A program made the position numbers and the translations under genes. Of a stretch of DNA of 64,000 nt, positions 45,839 through 58,361 are shown one piece after another. The stretch is from Botryllus schlosseri. Lineage: Eukaryota. A model generated the notes under the pieces. The model did no database searches. It saw only the letters and a program-made list of their open reading frames with translations, and had not been told where the DNA came from. The first letter of the stretch is position 1; the number at the start of each line of letters is the position of its first letter. The stretch spans positions 992,001 through 1,056,000 of the forward strand of contig CM119372.1 of the NCBI GenBank assembly GCA_051294905.1. The letters are read 5' to 3'.

Positions 45839-46161
45839 TAGGGTCACCATATTTTAGAATCGGGAAAGTAGGACACTTTGACCAAATCAGAAAAGCTAGG
45901 AAAAGTTTTAGACGTTCAAGATTGAAGTCAGCGGATTTTGCTATTTTTTCTGGAAAATTTGCAGGGTTGACTATAAAAAGAAAGGTTTCGATCGAACCAG
46001 GAATTTCCAGCTATAACGTTCGTATTTGCTATATAGCGTCATTTCTGCCCATTTTTTACGTGAATCTGTCCATTATCTTAGTAGTAAAAGCTGTCAAGGA
46101 GGACGATTGCCAAAAAGGAGGACAAATCCTCCTATAGGAGGACGTATGGTTGGTAACCCTG
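45839..46161. mobile_element. TAGGGTTACCATA-family MITE (GAGGAC motifs)
   Basis: TAGGGTCACCAT...TGGTAACCCTG flanked by CCTTAATT and CCTCAATT. Relatives lie at ~19818-20250, 28432-28873, 44012-44310, 45400-45737 and 62115-62308. Confidence 0.7.
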
Positions 46162-46705
46162 CCTCAATTGCTTCTGTGTGGTCCTAAACCTGAAATATGT
46201 TTTTCATCGATAATTTTGTTCACATTAAGCTATGGACCGTTTCTTTGTAAAGTCGAACTTTGGCGCCAAAATTGAAGAAATCCTTTTCTATGGCGAAAGG
46301 CTATAGTAATTTGGAGTATACAGCGTCACCTACCGGAGATGTATCTCATTCAATTTTCAGGTTTGTGTAATGTACTGTACATTCTGCAAAGTGATGCGCT
46401 GTTAAAATATTGCATATTCGCAACACTGGCCAATAGAATCTGTCATTTGATCTACCACTAGATTTCATCATATCAAAACAGAGCAAGACTGCGGTCTCGT
46501 TTTGTCGCAGCCGCAAGGCACGGAATCCTAATCAATCCCCAATACACGACCCTCAGAATAGACATAGGTTAGGCTTGACTGAAAGACATACTCATGAGAA
46601 CTAAATACGACTTTATGTGATGAAAATTTGCGAATTTAGAACGACCAATATTATTTTTTCATTTATTTAAGATAAGCTTGTCGGCTGACTGTCAGCATAT
46701 AGGAG

Positions 46706-47273
46706 CAGGGTTGTAACCAAGTCACAAGGCTCCGAGTCACAAGTCAATTTCACTTTTATATTTTTGACTCGAGTCAAGTCGAGTCATTTTCAATTCCCAC
46801 CGAGTCAAGTCCGAGTCCAAGTCAGCGAACAGAGGACCAAGTCCGAGTCATGGTATTATGACTCGAGTCCGAGTCCAAGTCATTGTGTTGACTGCTCAGT
46901 TGCCAGTTAAAGTCTTCCTAAATCCACTTTTCTAACTCTGTTTGGTGATATTGAATGGTTCGCATTTATGATATATCAATTTTCCTCACTTTTAGCAGTT
47001 TCTCGTCGCATTTTCAAGCACCAGTACCAACAAACGAAATCCCAATAATGTGTTGGCTTCGAAATTACAATGAAATGTCGGTCTTGGCCGTCTTAATCTC
47101 GAGTCAATGACTTGCTTCGAGTCATGCGCAATGACTCGAGTCCAAGTCGATTCAATACACAGATTGACTCGAGTCGAGTCATGTCCGTATTTTGAGAAAA
47201 TGACTCGAGTCAAGTCGAGTCATCCGAAAATCGTGACTCGAGTCGAGTCATGACTCGAGTCATTACAACCCTG
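46706..47273. mobile_element. hAT-type MITE with GACTCGAGTC subterminal arrays
   Basis: CAGGGTTGTAA...TTACAACCCTG with a perfect 8-bp TSD TATAGGAG. Confidence 0.92.
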
Positions 47274-47506
47274 TATAGGAGTGGAGTTTCGTGAGGTGCG
47301 AAATGTTATTGTGGTCATGATATGCATGGGACTGACGACGAATACCTTATGATATATTCACAAAATCTACTAATCTGCATAATTGGTTCCATTTCCAGTA
47401 GTAAAATGTTTTATAAATGTGTAATAATATAATATACACTTTTGAAGAGCTTCTTGGAGGCACATAACTTTAATATACAATTGAATAGTCATTCATATTG
47501 AATGGA

Positions 47507-47550
47507 ACCCGAGCATTTTCGGCTGACGCTCGTCAGGGGTAAGCGTCAGC
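47507..47550 (-). ncRNA. Minimal type I hammerhead ribozyme motif
   Basis: Minus strand reads GCTGACGCTT-ACCC-CTGACGA-GCGTCAGCC-GAAA-ATGC-TC-GGGT. Stem I and the core are intact, and the 5' flank GCTGACG is complementary to loop II CGTCAGC. Confidence 0.7.
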
Positions 47551-48286
47551 AACTAGTAGAGAATTGGAAAGAACATTGTATATCAACAATCGTATCACAA
47601 AATATGACGTCACCGGCATTAAATTTCAAACAATCGGGGCAAAGAGAGCGCTTAAGCTCAATGTACTATTATCCTTTTATACCTTTTTCATATTAATCGA
47701 ATTCGAATGTTTGCTTAATATGATTCCATATCTATTGAATAACGTCCCTCGGGATTCAACTTCCTTGTCACGTTTGACTCTACGTTTGCACAAAACTTGT
47801 AAAATGCAGCAAAAAAGACTGCGTAATTCTCTTTTGCATAGCAACAGATTGTCTTCGTGAATTTCTCCGATTTACGTCAACTCTGCAAAGCGCACGTCAA
47901 TGTTTTAACTGATTTACTTGAAATTTCGTGGAGAAAGGAACACGAATTTTACAATCCTCTTGATACCTTCCGGCGTCGTTTATACGGCCGACTGTCGCTA
48001 AATAAATAGAGTCGCAGCACGCAACTTTTCATCACACGCAGTGACATTGCTTCAGCAGATTAGTAATAACGATATTGTCATGAGACGAGTCTAGCTTATA
48101 TTGCGTCGTTGTGACAGTATGTTTTACATTTGATCAATATTATATATCTTGGTGTAATTGTGCTCAGACTAGTGAATTGCTAGTGATGGGCAATTTGTTT
48201 ATAGCAGGAGAACGCCAACGGGTTTTTGTCAGTACAGAATTCAGTAAATGGTTGAAATTCTCAGTCATAAAAAGCAGGGTTGTAAC

Positions 48287-50411
48287 CAGGGCTGTGGAGT
48301 CGGTAAATTTTACCATCGACTCCGGCTCCGACTCCGACTCCACACATTTTCAATATACCGGCTCCGACTCCGACTCCGACTCCTGAGTCTTAAAACGTAC
48401 CGACTCCGACTCCGACTCCGACTCCAGAGTCTTTAAACGTACCGACTCCGACTCCCGACTCCGACTCCGACTCCAACAATATTAACAATTTACTTCGAAA
48501 ATTATATGCCACGTTGTCGGTTGAATGACTATCATAGAACCATCAAACATATGCAAACATATGATATACGGTGGCATGCTAAACTGTTTCATTGTGGAAC
48601 AGCTCGAATTATCCACTATGCAATTAACATGAAATAAAGATTTGCTAAATATCCTTCCTTTTTCAAGTTTTTGTAACATGGACTCTCTAATATCCTGAAA
48701 TGTATGAATATGAATCATTCAAATATGGCAGATATCAAATCCTGTTTAATAAAAATGTAGATAAAAATCCAAGTGTAGCTCTTGTGTATGAGTCAGAAAC
48801 TAATAAAGAGATTGAACTTACTAATTTTGTCATTACACACTATCCTGATTACAAGCACACACACTCTTACTACTAATATACATTGGTGATAAATGGAATT
48901 TAGTTAAGTAGGCCTAGTCGAAGACCATAGCCTATGTCTAGTCTACCTCTACATGTACTTAATAAAGTATTCAAGGATTGGGACTTGCAGTCTTTCTTAA
49001 TCATTTGTTTGACCCAAACAGCTAAGCTACACTACAAATATTTTTAATTTTGTCAAGTGGGAAGCATCATTTGGTCATATTTACATCATTTTAACAATTT
49101 TACAAAACCAGCCAATGCATTTGCTCTGTCACAGTATCATGGTATAATTCCAGAAATTGCATCAATGTTGACTGTATCGCGAAAACGCATATTGCGATTT
49201 TCTTCCCCTATGCAGCTGAGTTGTAATTTGCAAGTATTAATGTCTAATTTTATCTATATCAGGGGCGGGCAACTTTTTCGACCAAAGGGACACATGAGAT
49301 TTACGAACCATGGCGCGGGCAACTGGAATGTTGATAACCTTTTTTCAGTCGTCCGATAGGAGCGAACTGAATTAGGTGACATTGCAAACCAGACTTATAT
49401 TAATACGCTCTAAAATTGATAACAATATGTCATGCAACTGTGCAGTGCGCAATCAGGCCCTGGTCGCGCAAAGCGCGAAATTTTTTTGCAAGATAATGAC
49501 TGAATTATATCAATAGATATGTTGCTAACATACATTGGGGGTCGCATCTGTATACCACAGGGCTCATTTGGCAAGGACAGGATTATTCGACGCTTAGACA
49601 TAGCAAAATCGACGGTATCAGTGAACATGCCTCTATAATTTTGCGCAAATGTTTTGTGGACGATATCACTGCGAGTACACAAGCGAAGCCGCATGTTGGA
49701 CGACATTTTTTAATTAACTAACTAATTTCGAATATAGTTAGACTCAATTCTGTGAATAATATGTATTTATCATTTTCAGAAGGGGGCTCAAATACTGAAT
49801 GCAAGAATCTAGTGACAATAAATCATGCGAAGTACCGAGAAAAATTTCAAGTCAAATAAATCTGTCATGAAATATTCTACTTTATGGTGATATACGAAGA
49901 TCTGGGATAAATGTGGCTGGCCCCTGGATACGTCAATGCGTCAGAACTGTTGTTTTAGTCATCATCAAATTTCGCGGTCATGCTAATCAAATTATGGTTC
50001 GCCTTGCAATTGTACCTGATGTCATAAATAATTTCGAGAATTACCTAGCAGGCCACACCTAACCTTCTCGTGTGCCAAATTTGGCCTGCGTGCCACGGGC
50101 TGGCCGCACTTGATCTGTATGGTTATTAATAACAGTGATTGGCGGTACATAAAAATTCTATTGAAAATTCTTTGAAAGCAAATGTTTACATGATAGACAA
50201 GTTGGAGTCGGAGTCGGAGTCGAAGTAAGGGTCATTCTCACAAACTCCGACTCCGACTCCAGTCAGTATTTTCCTATCGACTCCGACTCCGACTCCGACT
50301 CCAGCAATTATAGTTTTCACGACTCCGACTCCGACTCCGACTCCATCAAGCGAAAATTACCCAGACTCCGACTCCGACTCCACCGACTCCGACTCCGACT
50401 CCACAGCCCTG
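48287..50411. mobile_element. 2.1-kb non-autonomous TIR element with (GACTCC)n arrays, inserted into the TIR of a CAGGGTTGTAAC MITE (host 48275-~50790)
   Basis: CAGGGCTGTGGAGTCGG...CCGACTCCACAGCCCTG with a perfect 8-bp TSD GTTGTAAC. Confidence 0.9.
49260..50112. mobile_element. Nested hAT-type element (third nesting level)
   Basis: CAGGGGCGGGCAAC...GCTGGCCGCACTTG flanked by ATCTATAT and ATCTGTAT. Confidence 0.7.
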
Positions 50412-50830
50412 GTTGTAACGAAGTCACAAGGTTCCGTGTCACAAGTCCATGTCATTTTTATAGTTTTGACTCGAGTCAAGTCGAGTCATCTTCGATTCAC
50501 CACCGAGTCAAATCCGAGTCCAAATCGGCGAGCAGAGGGTCGAGTCCAAGTCATACTGTTATGACTCGAGCCGAAGTCGAAGTCATTATGTTGACTGCTC
50601 AGTTAAACCCACTTTTCACAATTTTGGTTGGTGATATCGAATGGATTACTAACATACTTATTCTCATCACTTTTAACATTTAGCTTCTGGTCGCATTTCC
50701 GGGTACCAATATAGTCTACTAATAGACGAAATACCAAGAGTGTGGTAACTTTGCTATTCTTCGAAATTACTATGACGTGTCGGCCAAGCTCTGTACCTCA
50801 AGATTCCAAATGTTCAGTCCTGAGTAAATC

Positions 50831-50864
50831 CCCCGAATATTTTCGGCTGATACTCGTCAGGGGC
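50831..50864 (-). ncRNA. Minimal hammerhead motif, with a degraded plus-strand partner at 50961-50994
   Basis: Minus strand reads GCCC-CTGACGA-GTATCAGCC-GAAA-ATAT-TC-GGGG. Confidence 0.6.
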
Positions 50865-52824
50865 AATATTCAACAACCAGCAGGCCTATACAAAATTGGA
50901 AAGCACTTTATATACGCATCACCGAATATGACGTCAATTCCCTTATAGTTAGTGACGATTACCCCTGACGAGTTTCAGTCGAAGAATTCGGGGTGAATAG
51001 TCTATATTATTCAATTGTATATTGAAGGAAGAGGTTAAACCCTGTGGAACTAACTATCTCGTGATTCTGATAAATTAAGGTGTTTAGTTACCAAAAAAAA
51101 ACTCCAAACGTCACTAAAATAACCCCTTAGTTGCTCATCAGTCGTAGATTGGATTTGCGTGGGCAATATAACGCTATGCGTTTTTCGATATCACCCGTAC
51201 GTAGTCAATGCCTTATTACTAAGAGTAGCCTAATTGAAGACGAATTGTAACGGTCAAGACTGAATATTTACAGAAGACAAACGCAAGGAATACGTTTTTA
51301 GACTTTGAATAATACGCAGTAACCAATAGTCGCGTCGAAAGACTTGCTATGCTTAAAGATTGCGGCATTTTTCTATACGCATTCCTTTGAATAAATTTCG
51401 ATAGCAATCGTGTAATTACTCACACCTGGAGTCTTGAGTGCGCTGTTTAATCTTCGAGTAGATTAACGTGGTGCTACTCACTGCCTTGTATGACTAAAAT
51501 GCGAACGGTATTTTTGTTCGGTATCCATTTCGTCACCACCGTTTTTAAACGTTATTAACGTGATAAGTATCGTAACTTGTCAGCTATCAGGTTATATATA
51601 GACGATGTGTTATATTTTCAGCCGGACTTGACACTGAATAATTACGAGTTCTAAAATAAGAGTCTCCACGACACAGGAAAGAATTTTGATCATACATATC
51701 ACAGCGTACACACCTAGCTATATGATACGATGCGTATTCCTAATATTGATAGTCATATTGCTCGGCTGTAAATAGCATACAAACCAATCTACGATAACAT
51801 CGTTGATCGCGAAACATGTGCTAGTTTATCACCGCCATATATAGTTGTGTCTGCACATGACCATGTGAAACTGAGACTGTCTTATTATTTATCTTGACAC
51901 GATTTCAATGGCACTTGTAGGTAAGGGTGACTCGCTACATTGGTCATATCATTATTTAACAGGTAACCGCTTTGGTAATCGGCTGTAATTGTGTGTTTTA
52001 TAACTCAACAGTGATTAATACGCAGCACGCTTATCAACTCACAGTAAAAGTACCTCCTTCACGAATTTGTATTACGAATTACTTCGTTTTAAGATCACAT
52101 ATGTTATTCCCGTCTCTTTTTATGTGTGTCAAATTAGAATGATCTGACTATAGAGTCGGCCTGGCAATGAATTCACGCTAGTTTCGTATTAGAACGATTT
52201 GCAGTCATTATTCAAACGATTGTTATTTACCCATAGGGTATGATACCGAAAGTTACTAAGCCTCGAAACAATATCGCGACTTTGTATAAATGCCGATCCG
52301 TTTCCAGTAGATAGCACAAAACGTACTGATGGTATAGGTGCGTCCACCGCTAGTATTTAGAATCATTCTCAACCATAGATTGGGAGAAGCGTATGACATT
52401 TGAGTCGAAAGTGTAAAATAATTGAAACGTATTTTTTTATAGACACTTTTCAGTTGAGTTGAGTTTATGGTTAATAATTTTATCCTTTCAAAATCGCGTG
52501 CGATTAATGATAGGAAGGTTTCAAAACGTCTTGGTGTAGTATTTGAAATCAGACACCTACCCGGACCAAGACTATGTAAATAAGGTACGTGCACAGTGCA
52601 CACTGAATGGAAAGTAACAGAAGACACCATAGAAAGGTCAAACGATGAAAATGAGGTAGCATGTGTCGGAAAGGCAAGATCGATATATCCGATGGCCCGG
52701 TATTCTCGATTGCTGACTAGTATTTATTTGCGGAGGCATCAAATCTTTTGTACTTGAATAATCCAAGTCATTGGTTTCTAACTTTTTCAGAATATAAATA
52801 TATCACCATCAATATAGAATCGAC

Positions 52825-55800
52825 ATGTTTCAAACCGCTATGTGCAGTAGGAATGTATTTGCCGGCGTACTAATCGCACTGTCTTTGGCTGCTTTAGCAG
52901 CGAGCATGCCAACCGTGTGCAGAGAGCCTTGTCTGCGAACGCGATACGGCGACTTCGTGGAGAGATGCGAAGACATGGGATCACCGATGCAAGGTAAAAT
53001 TTACCCCTGACTGCAGATGATAGCCGAAAAGAAGATTTATTTCAGTATGAATACATTAGTCAAAGGCAGATTTGCGCTATGTTAGCTTATCTATGTGTTG
53101 TATGGGGCATGGGCTTTCCAGTCAGAGTTGGAGAGAGAACCGGAAAATATTCATCTCTTTCAAATTGGATCAGAATTAGAATTACTGAGTTGACAAAAAC
53201 TTGGAAATTGAATTCCATTTCGAATAAGAAAGAAATATCAATTCCTACCATATCACATTTCATTCTCATAACAATGGCGATGACAAATGTCTGTACACCA
53301 AACTTGGCCCGTACCCCATACTATACAGTTCACCTGTCGCATTTTCAGGAAAACAATAATTTAGAATTTATACTAAAACTAAGCCTAGAATTTTTTTCAC
53401 AAATTAGGTTAGAAGTAGACTACCGGCATTTTACTCTAATTAGCTCTAATTATCTAGCTGTCTAAGTCTGTCTGGCATTGATGATTAATTTGAACCGATT
53501 ATTATTTCAGAATACTGCGAAATTTGTAGAAATCACGGTTTCTGTCCTGAGTTACCGGCATGGGCAAGACCGGTTTTGCAAGGTGAGTGATAAGATATTA
53601 CTATGCTACGCATTCGTCTGTAGCGATAACTTCCGATTAACAGCACAATTCCAACACTGTTTGATGGGCATCGAATGAATGTCGCACCCTAAGATAAGAC
53701 TTTAATTAAGTTCCGATCAAAACTCACTCCGTATGATTGTATCCGAATAACTAGTGACGCAGATCGCACATAGTTAGCGATCATACGAATATTTCACTGG
53801 AACTCGGAAAACATGCGTTTCAATATCCGCTGAATACATGGAGTGATCCCTTTGGTAGCTTTTCCGAATAAGATTCGAAATAGGATTAGAGCTACATAGT
53901 TTTATTTCCAAATTCTAATGGCATTCGAATTACTGAATTTGCAAAATCAAATAAGAGTGCATTCTCATACGCCTGAGAATGGCAAACGTCTGTACACCAA
54001 GCTTGGTTCGTTTCGTACTATACAGCTCTCCTGTAGCATTTTCAGGAAAACCAGAAATCGGATGATCTGCGTTGCGTTATAATCAGTCTAATTAGACAAC
54101 TAGAATCATCAAGCGGTCCAAGTGTTATCCGAAAGTGAACGGCGATCACTTGGTGTGAGCCGTGTCGCGAACCGAAACTGATTGCGCACCATATCAGCTA
54201 TCGCAGCTATTCGAGCGAAAGCGAAAAAGCAAATAAAATCAGATCAGAAGCCTATATGGATTAATGGCGACTCGTTAACTACCTACGAAACTGATTTGTT
54301 GCGACATCGTCAATCATTGTAACTTATCCTTTGATATGAAGAATCGAGTAGGTATTTGGTCTGCAATCGATGAGATATGTTGTTGCTTTTGTGATCATGG
54401 TGTTTCGACTACTGTGTACAATAGGGTTGTTCAAAATTACTTTTCTCTCAGATTTGTGCGGCTATTAGCTAAAATTGTTAGGTTGGCTATAAAAAATTTG
54501 GCTCAATTCTAACTAGAAGTAAAGGTATCAAAGCTGTCAAATTTTGAATTCAATACTAAAGTCAAAAAAATTGTTAGCCTACTAACCCATGACATTGTTA
54601 TACTGGCTGCAAAAAATAAGCAAAATAGATTTGACTCGATTCCAAACAGTCGAAGTGTACTTATTCGAATTTTTCATTAATAATTCTAGGATTGCACACC
54701 GTAAATACTATTGTCTCAAATTCAAGATTTTCTACTCCAATAACTTCGCTTTTACCTGTTGGAACACCATAGGCCGGTATTCCTTTTATGATTTCCGGCA
54801 GTCGACTTATAGCACGGTCCACATACGCGGATCATATATAGCTATGAGACATAGACTATATACGTTCCAATTTCAGTCGGCTGGAACCCGTTCGTTGCCA
54901 AGACCTGCGACCATTACCCTCCCAGCGTTGTGACCGAATGCGACTCTGACTATCGTGTGGGCTCGACGTGCAATCTGCGGTGTAGCGAAGGATATTTGCC
55001 CGCGCCGGAATTGTACAGAGGATTCGGAGGAGAACACACACACGACGAACTGATGTCATTCAAAACGACTTGCAGGTAATGCTTATTTTGATTCAGTGTA
55101 CATTATGAATAGATCTTTATGCAAGCAACGTCATCTTCTATCTTACAATGTAGGTACAAGCGAAGGCTTTAAGAAATCGAATTCTATAGAATTTGTGATA
55201 CAATTGTTGATATACAACATTGGGAACATTCTATTTCCAATTCTCTACAAGTAGCTGACGAATACCCCTAACGAATTTCTGCCGAATATATTCTGGTTCG
55301 GTTCAAAATAAATATATTATTCAAAACAAATGGAAGTAAATCAGCTCCATACGTTGGTAGTTGACGCCTTACCAATTAACAAACTGATAACGATATAGCT
55401 GCATTTTCAAACACTGCAGAATTGTACAACCTACTCATCTAGTTAAGTTAACGGTCGACTAACCACTATTTTTTATGAGTAGCTCTTATTGTAGTTGAGG
55501 ATTTTGAAAAGTGAGTAATTCTTGAGAGGTGCAATGGTCAGTACCGAAGTACTTCTACTTTTCGAAGTACCTCAAGTACTTCAACTTGATTTTGTCTACT
55601 CCGGCTATTTGTTCAAGTGGTAATGATTTTAGTTTTTTCAGCAAAACTAATCTGAGACATTATGATAGGCATACTACGCTATCGAGAAGTCCGACTGGAT
55701 CGACCTACCCGTACCTAGTACCTACCTACACGCATAATAACATTTCAATAACGTTATTTTGTACAGTTATTCTCTCGATGGCTCATCCGTAGAATGGAGT

Positions 55801-58361
55801 TCGAGCAATTTCTCTTGCGTCGCAAAGCAGGACATCATGGACAAGTTCTATCCCGACACTATCCAGGTCTGTTGAACACACAGGTCTTTAACGGGGCTGG
55901 GAGTTAGACTTGAACTCTTATTATTAATTTATGCTAAAATCCCACAAGAATTCCAAAACTTTGCAAAACGGAATGACCGCGTTCTATCAAATATTTCATC
56001 GGGCATAAATTAAAAGTCTCCGATGTCACATGGTTTCTGATCGTGCAGTTCTTAAAACTCCACTTCTGCGAACACCCTCTTTAACGCGGCCTGTTTACGA
56101 GATATTCATTCGAAACAACGAACGTTCGCGAGCGGTCTTACTTGACCTCAAAAATGCTGAACAGAGATTTTTTGCTATTCATCCGAGTGCATTTACGCAT
56201 AGATATCCACTGCGTGAACTAAATACCACTGAATTTGGATAATCTGTTCCCCCCTCGGATACTCACCAACATCAAAGAAGGTTTTCAGCTGTAGCTCGTC
56301 CCTGTATGCAACACCACTCTACCAGTCTTGTGCAAAATTCAATCACGTATATTAGTGTCAATACATGAGATAAGATATCGTCTGATGTTCTACTCTCTGC
56401 TCTCAAGATACCGTTACATTATTTTTGGAATGACCTTATATTATTCATTTAATTTCTAATTTTCCACGATGCTGCGTCGTATTTTTCCTACGTTTTCTTC
56501 AATTTATTTATTCTTAGCTAATCTTTAGTTTTGGAAGTAACGACTTCTGTAATAGATGCTCGTCTTTGAAGACTCTGTTATATCGAGCCTCCCGCCCATG
56601 CCATACATTTCTATAAATCGCATTTCGGCGAATCGAATTTTTGTTATGTATGCTATTGAATAGTGTATTATTGTATATTGAAATATACCCAAATATTTTC
56701 GACTGACAGTCGTCAGGGTAATACTACAATATGAATATATTATTCAATTGTATGTTGAAGTTCTGTACTTCCAAGAAGCTCGTCAAATATACTTAATACT
56801 CATGCGTGTTACTGATTTGCATGATTGACAAATAATGATCCTCTCTCAGATGTTCGGACCGCCGCTATTGCCCCCTAGCCCATATCCAGACAGCTACGTA
56901 ATCGACCTTTTCGACGATGAGCTAACGGCTGTGAGTGAAGATGATAGCGAACAATCGGGAGATGACGTGAGTTGGAGAATGAAATTGAAATCAGCAACCG
57001 GGCATCTTTGGATAGAGTCGCGCCTTTGCTTCCGCATGTCGATACGGTTTTTGATGAATTTCGCTTCTAAGTCCACATTCATTGAAAATTATCAATTTAC
57101 CTCGAGACTTTTTGTGTGACCCTTATCAAGAGATAACGGCAGACTTGGACTAGATAATTCTAGTTGTCTAATTAGACTAAAGGGAAATACCGATGGTCTA
57201 ATACTAATCTAATTTATGAAACGTTTCCATGCTCTAATTTAATTCTAATCTAATTTCTGGTTATCCCGAAAATGTTACAGGAGAACTCTACAGTGCAAAA
57301 ACTGCGTAGCTATAATTCTAATCCTAATCCAACTTGGAAAAGTTGTTAACTATAATTCTAATTCTAGTCTAATTTGGTAAAATCTGTGTAGCTATAATTC
57401 TAATTTGATAATTTGGAACAGCTGACTTTGGTTAACGGCACAATAATCATCCTAATAATAAACATCGAAAACGCGTGACAATCACATTAAATATTGGATG
57501 GAAAGATTTGGGACATGCATCAGTATAGAATAGAATAACGAAATAATATTATTACATTATATAGCAACTCCTTCTGTTGGAATAAATCTGGATGACATAA
57601 TTTATTAATTTATTTAACTCCAATGCAGATGAATGAAATGCAGACCTGACTTTCTGAATATCACAGAGAATTCTCTCATTGCAGATGGTCCCAGACGACA
57701 GAAGGACTCTCGGACTCTTCAATTTCTGTGGCAGTGCTTGCGCCAGGGCTGGGAGAAGTTACAAATACGGCTGCTCGCAAGTGGGAGGTATGAATAACAT
57801 TAGGCTTTTTTTGTAAAGACGGCGGAAGAATAGCACATAAGAAGCTTTTTGGCCGTAGCTATAAATCGACAGTGACATTCGAAATAGGATAGACCACTGT
57901 TTCTTACCCTTACCCATTTTATCGCTGTTTATCAAGTCTACAGTTGGCACCAAATGGTTGCACGATAATTGAGCCAAATTTGAGTTAAAACCGGTCTAAA
58001 GAGGGTCTGCAAAGACATAAAGATTGAGAACCAATGCATTAGAACATGGATTTCACACAGACATTGCAAATGAGGGTGACTTCTGCTGTGTGAGTCGGCT
58101 ATAGGCTACGTGTCTTGTCGTCACGTTTAAGAACCACAGACATATAGCCGAATATCATTTACAGTCACTCATACGTTCATACGTTTATTTTGAAAGGAAT
58201 ATATACATTATACATACATGATGTGTTCTTTTGTGCGAGCCATGGCGAATTACAGTCTATTTGAAGGCTTATAAATGAACAAATTCTCGTTTTCAGCATA
58301 TTTCTGCATCGTTTGCCGAATGCGAAGACTCTGCGCGACAAGTCGCTCTTTCTTGGGTTGA
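52825..58361 (+). CDS. Secreted 274-aa precursor: signal peptide, 6-Cys module, Sushi/CCP domain, acidic spacer, RR site, cationic 6-Cys C-terminal peptide
   Basis: Exons are 52825-52993, 53511-53582, 54877-55075, 55767-55866, 56850-56966, 57685-57787 and 58297-58361, all GT-AG with consistent phases 1,1,2,0,0,1. The Sushi signature is CDHYPPSVVTECDSDYRVGSTCNLRCSEGY...TTCSYSLDGSSVEWSSSNFSC. Joins after exon 4 are inferred from splice signals and frame. Confidence 0.8.
54419..54765. mobile_element. Degraded partial copy of the CAGTAGGG fold-back MITE (intron 2 of the Sushi gene)
   Basis: TA|CAATAGGGTTGTTCAAAATTAC, plus internal CACCGTAAATACTATT and CAATAACT.CGCTT blocks. Confidence 0.6.

Noticed and set aside
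46706..47273. CRISPR-like array of palindromic GACTCGAGTC motifs
   Set aside because: Spacing is irregular, the context is eukaryotic, and the array is bounded by TIRs and an 8-bp TSD, so these are MITE subterminal repeats.
48111..48436. SD-repeat and RL-repeat ORFs resembling adhesin repeats
   Set aside because: They come from the (GACTCC)n subterminal array of a transposon with TIRs and a TSD.
52825..55075. TNF-receptor or vanabin identity for the Cys-rich gene
   Set aside because: Cys spacing fits a Sushi domain plus a 6-Cys module. There is no TM segment, no TNFR repeats and no 18-Cys vanabin array.
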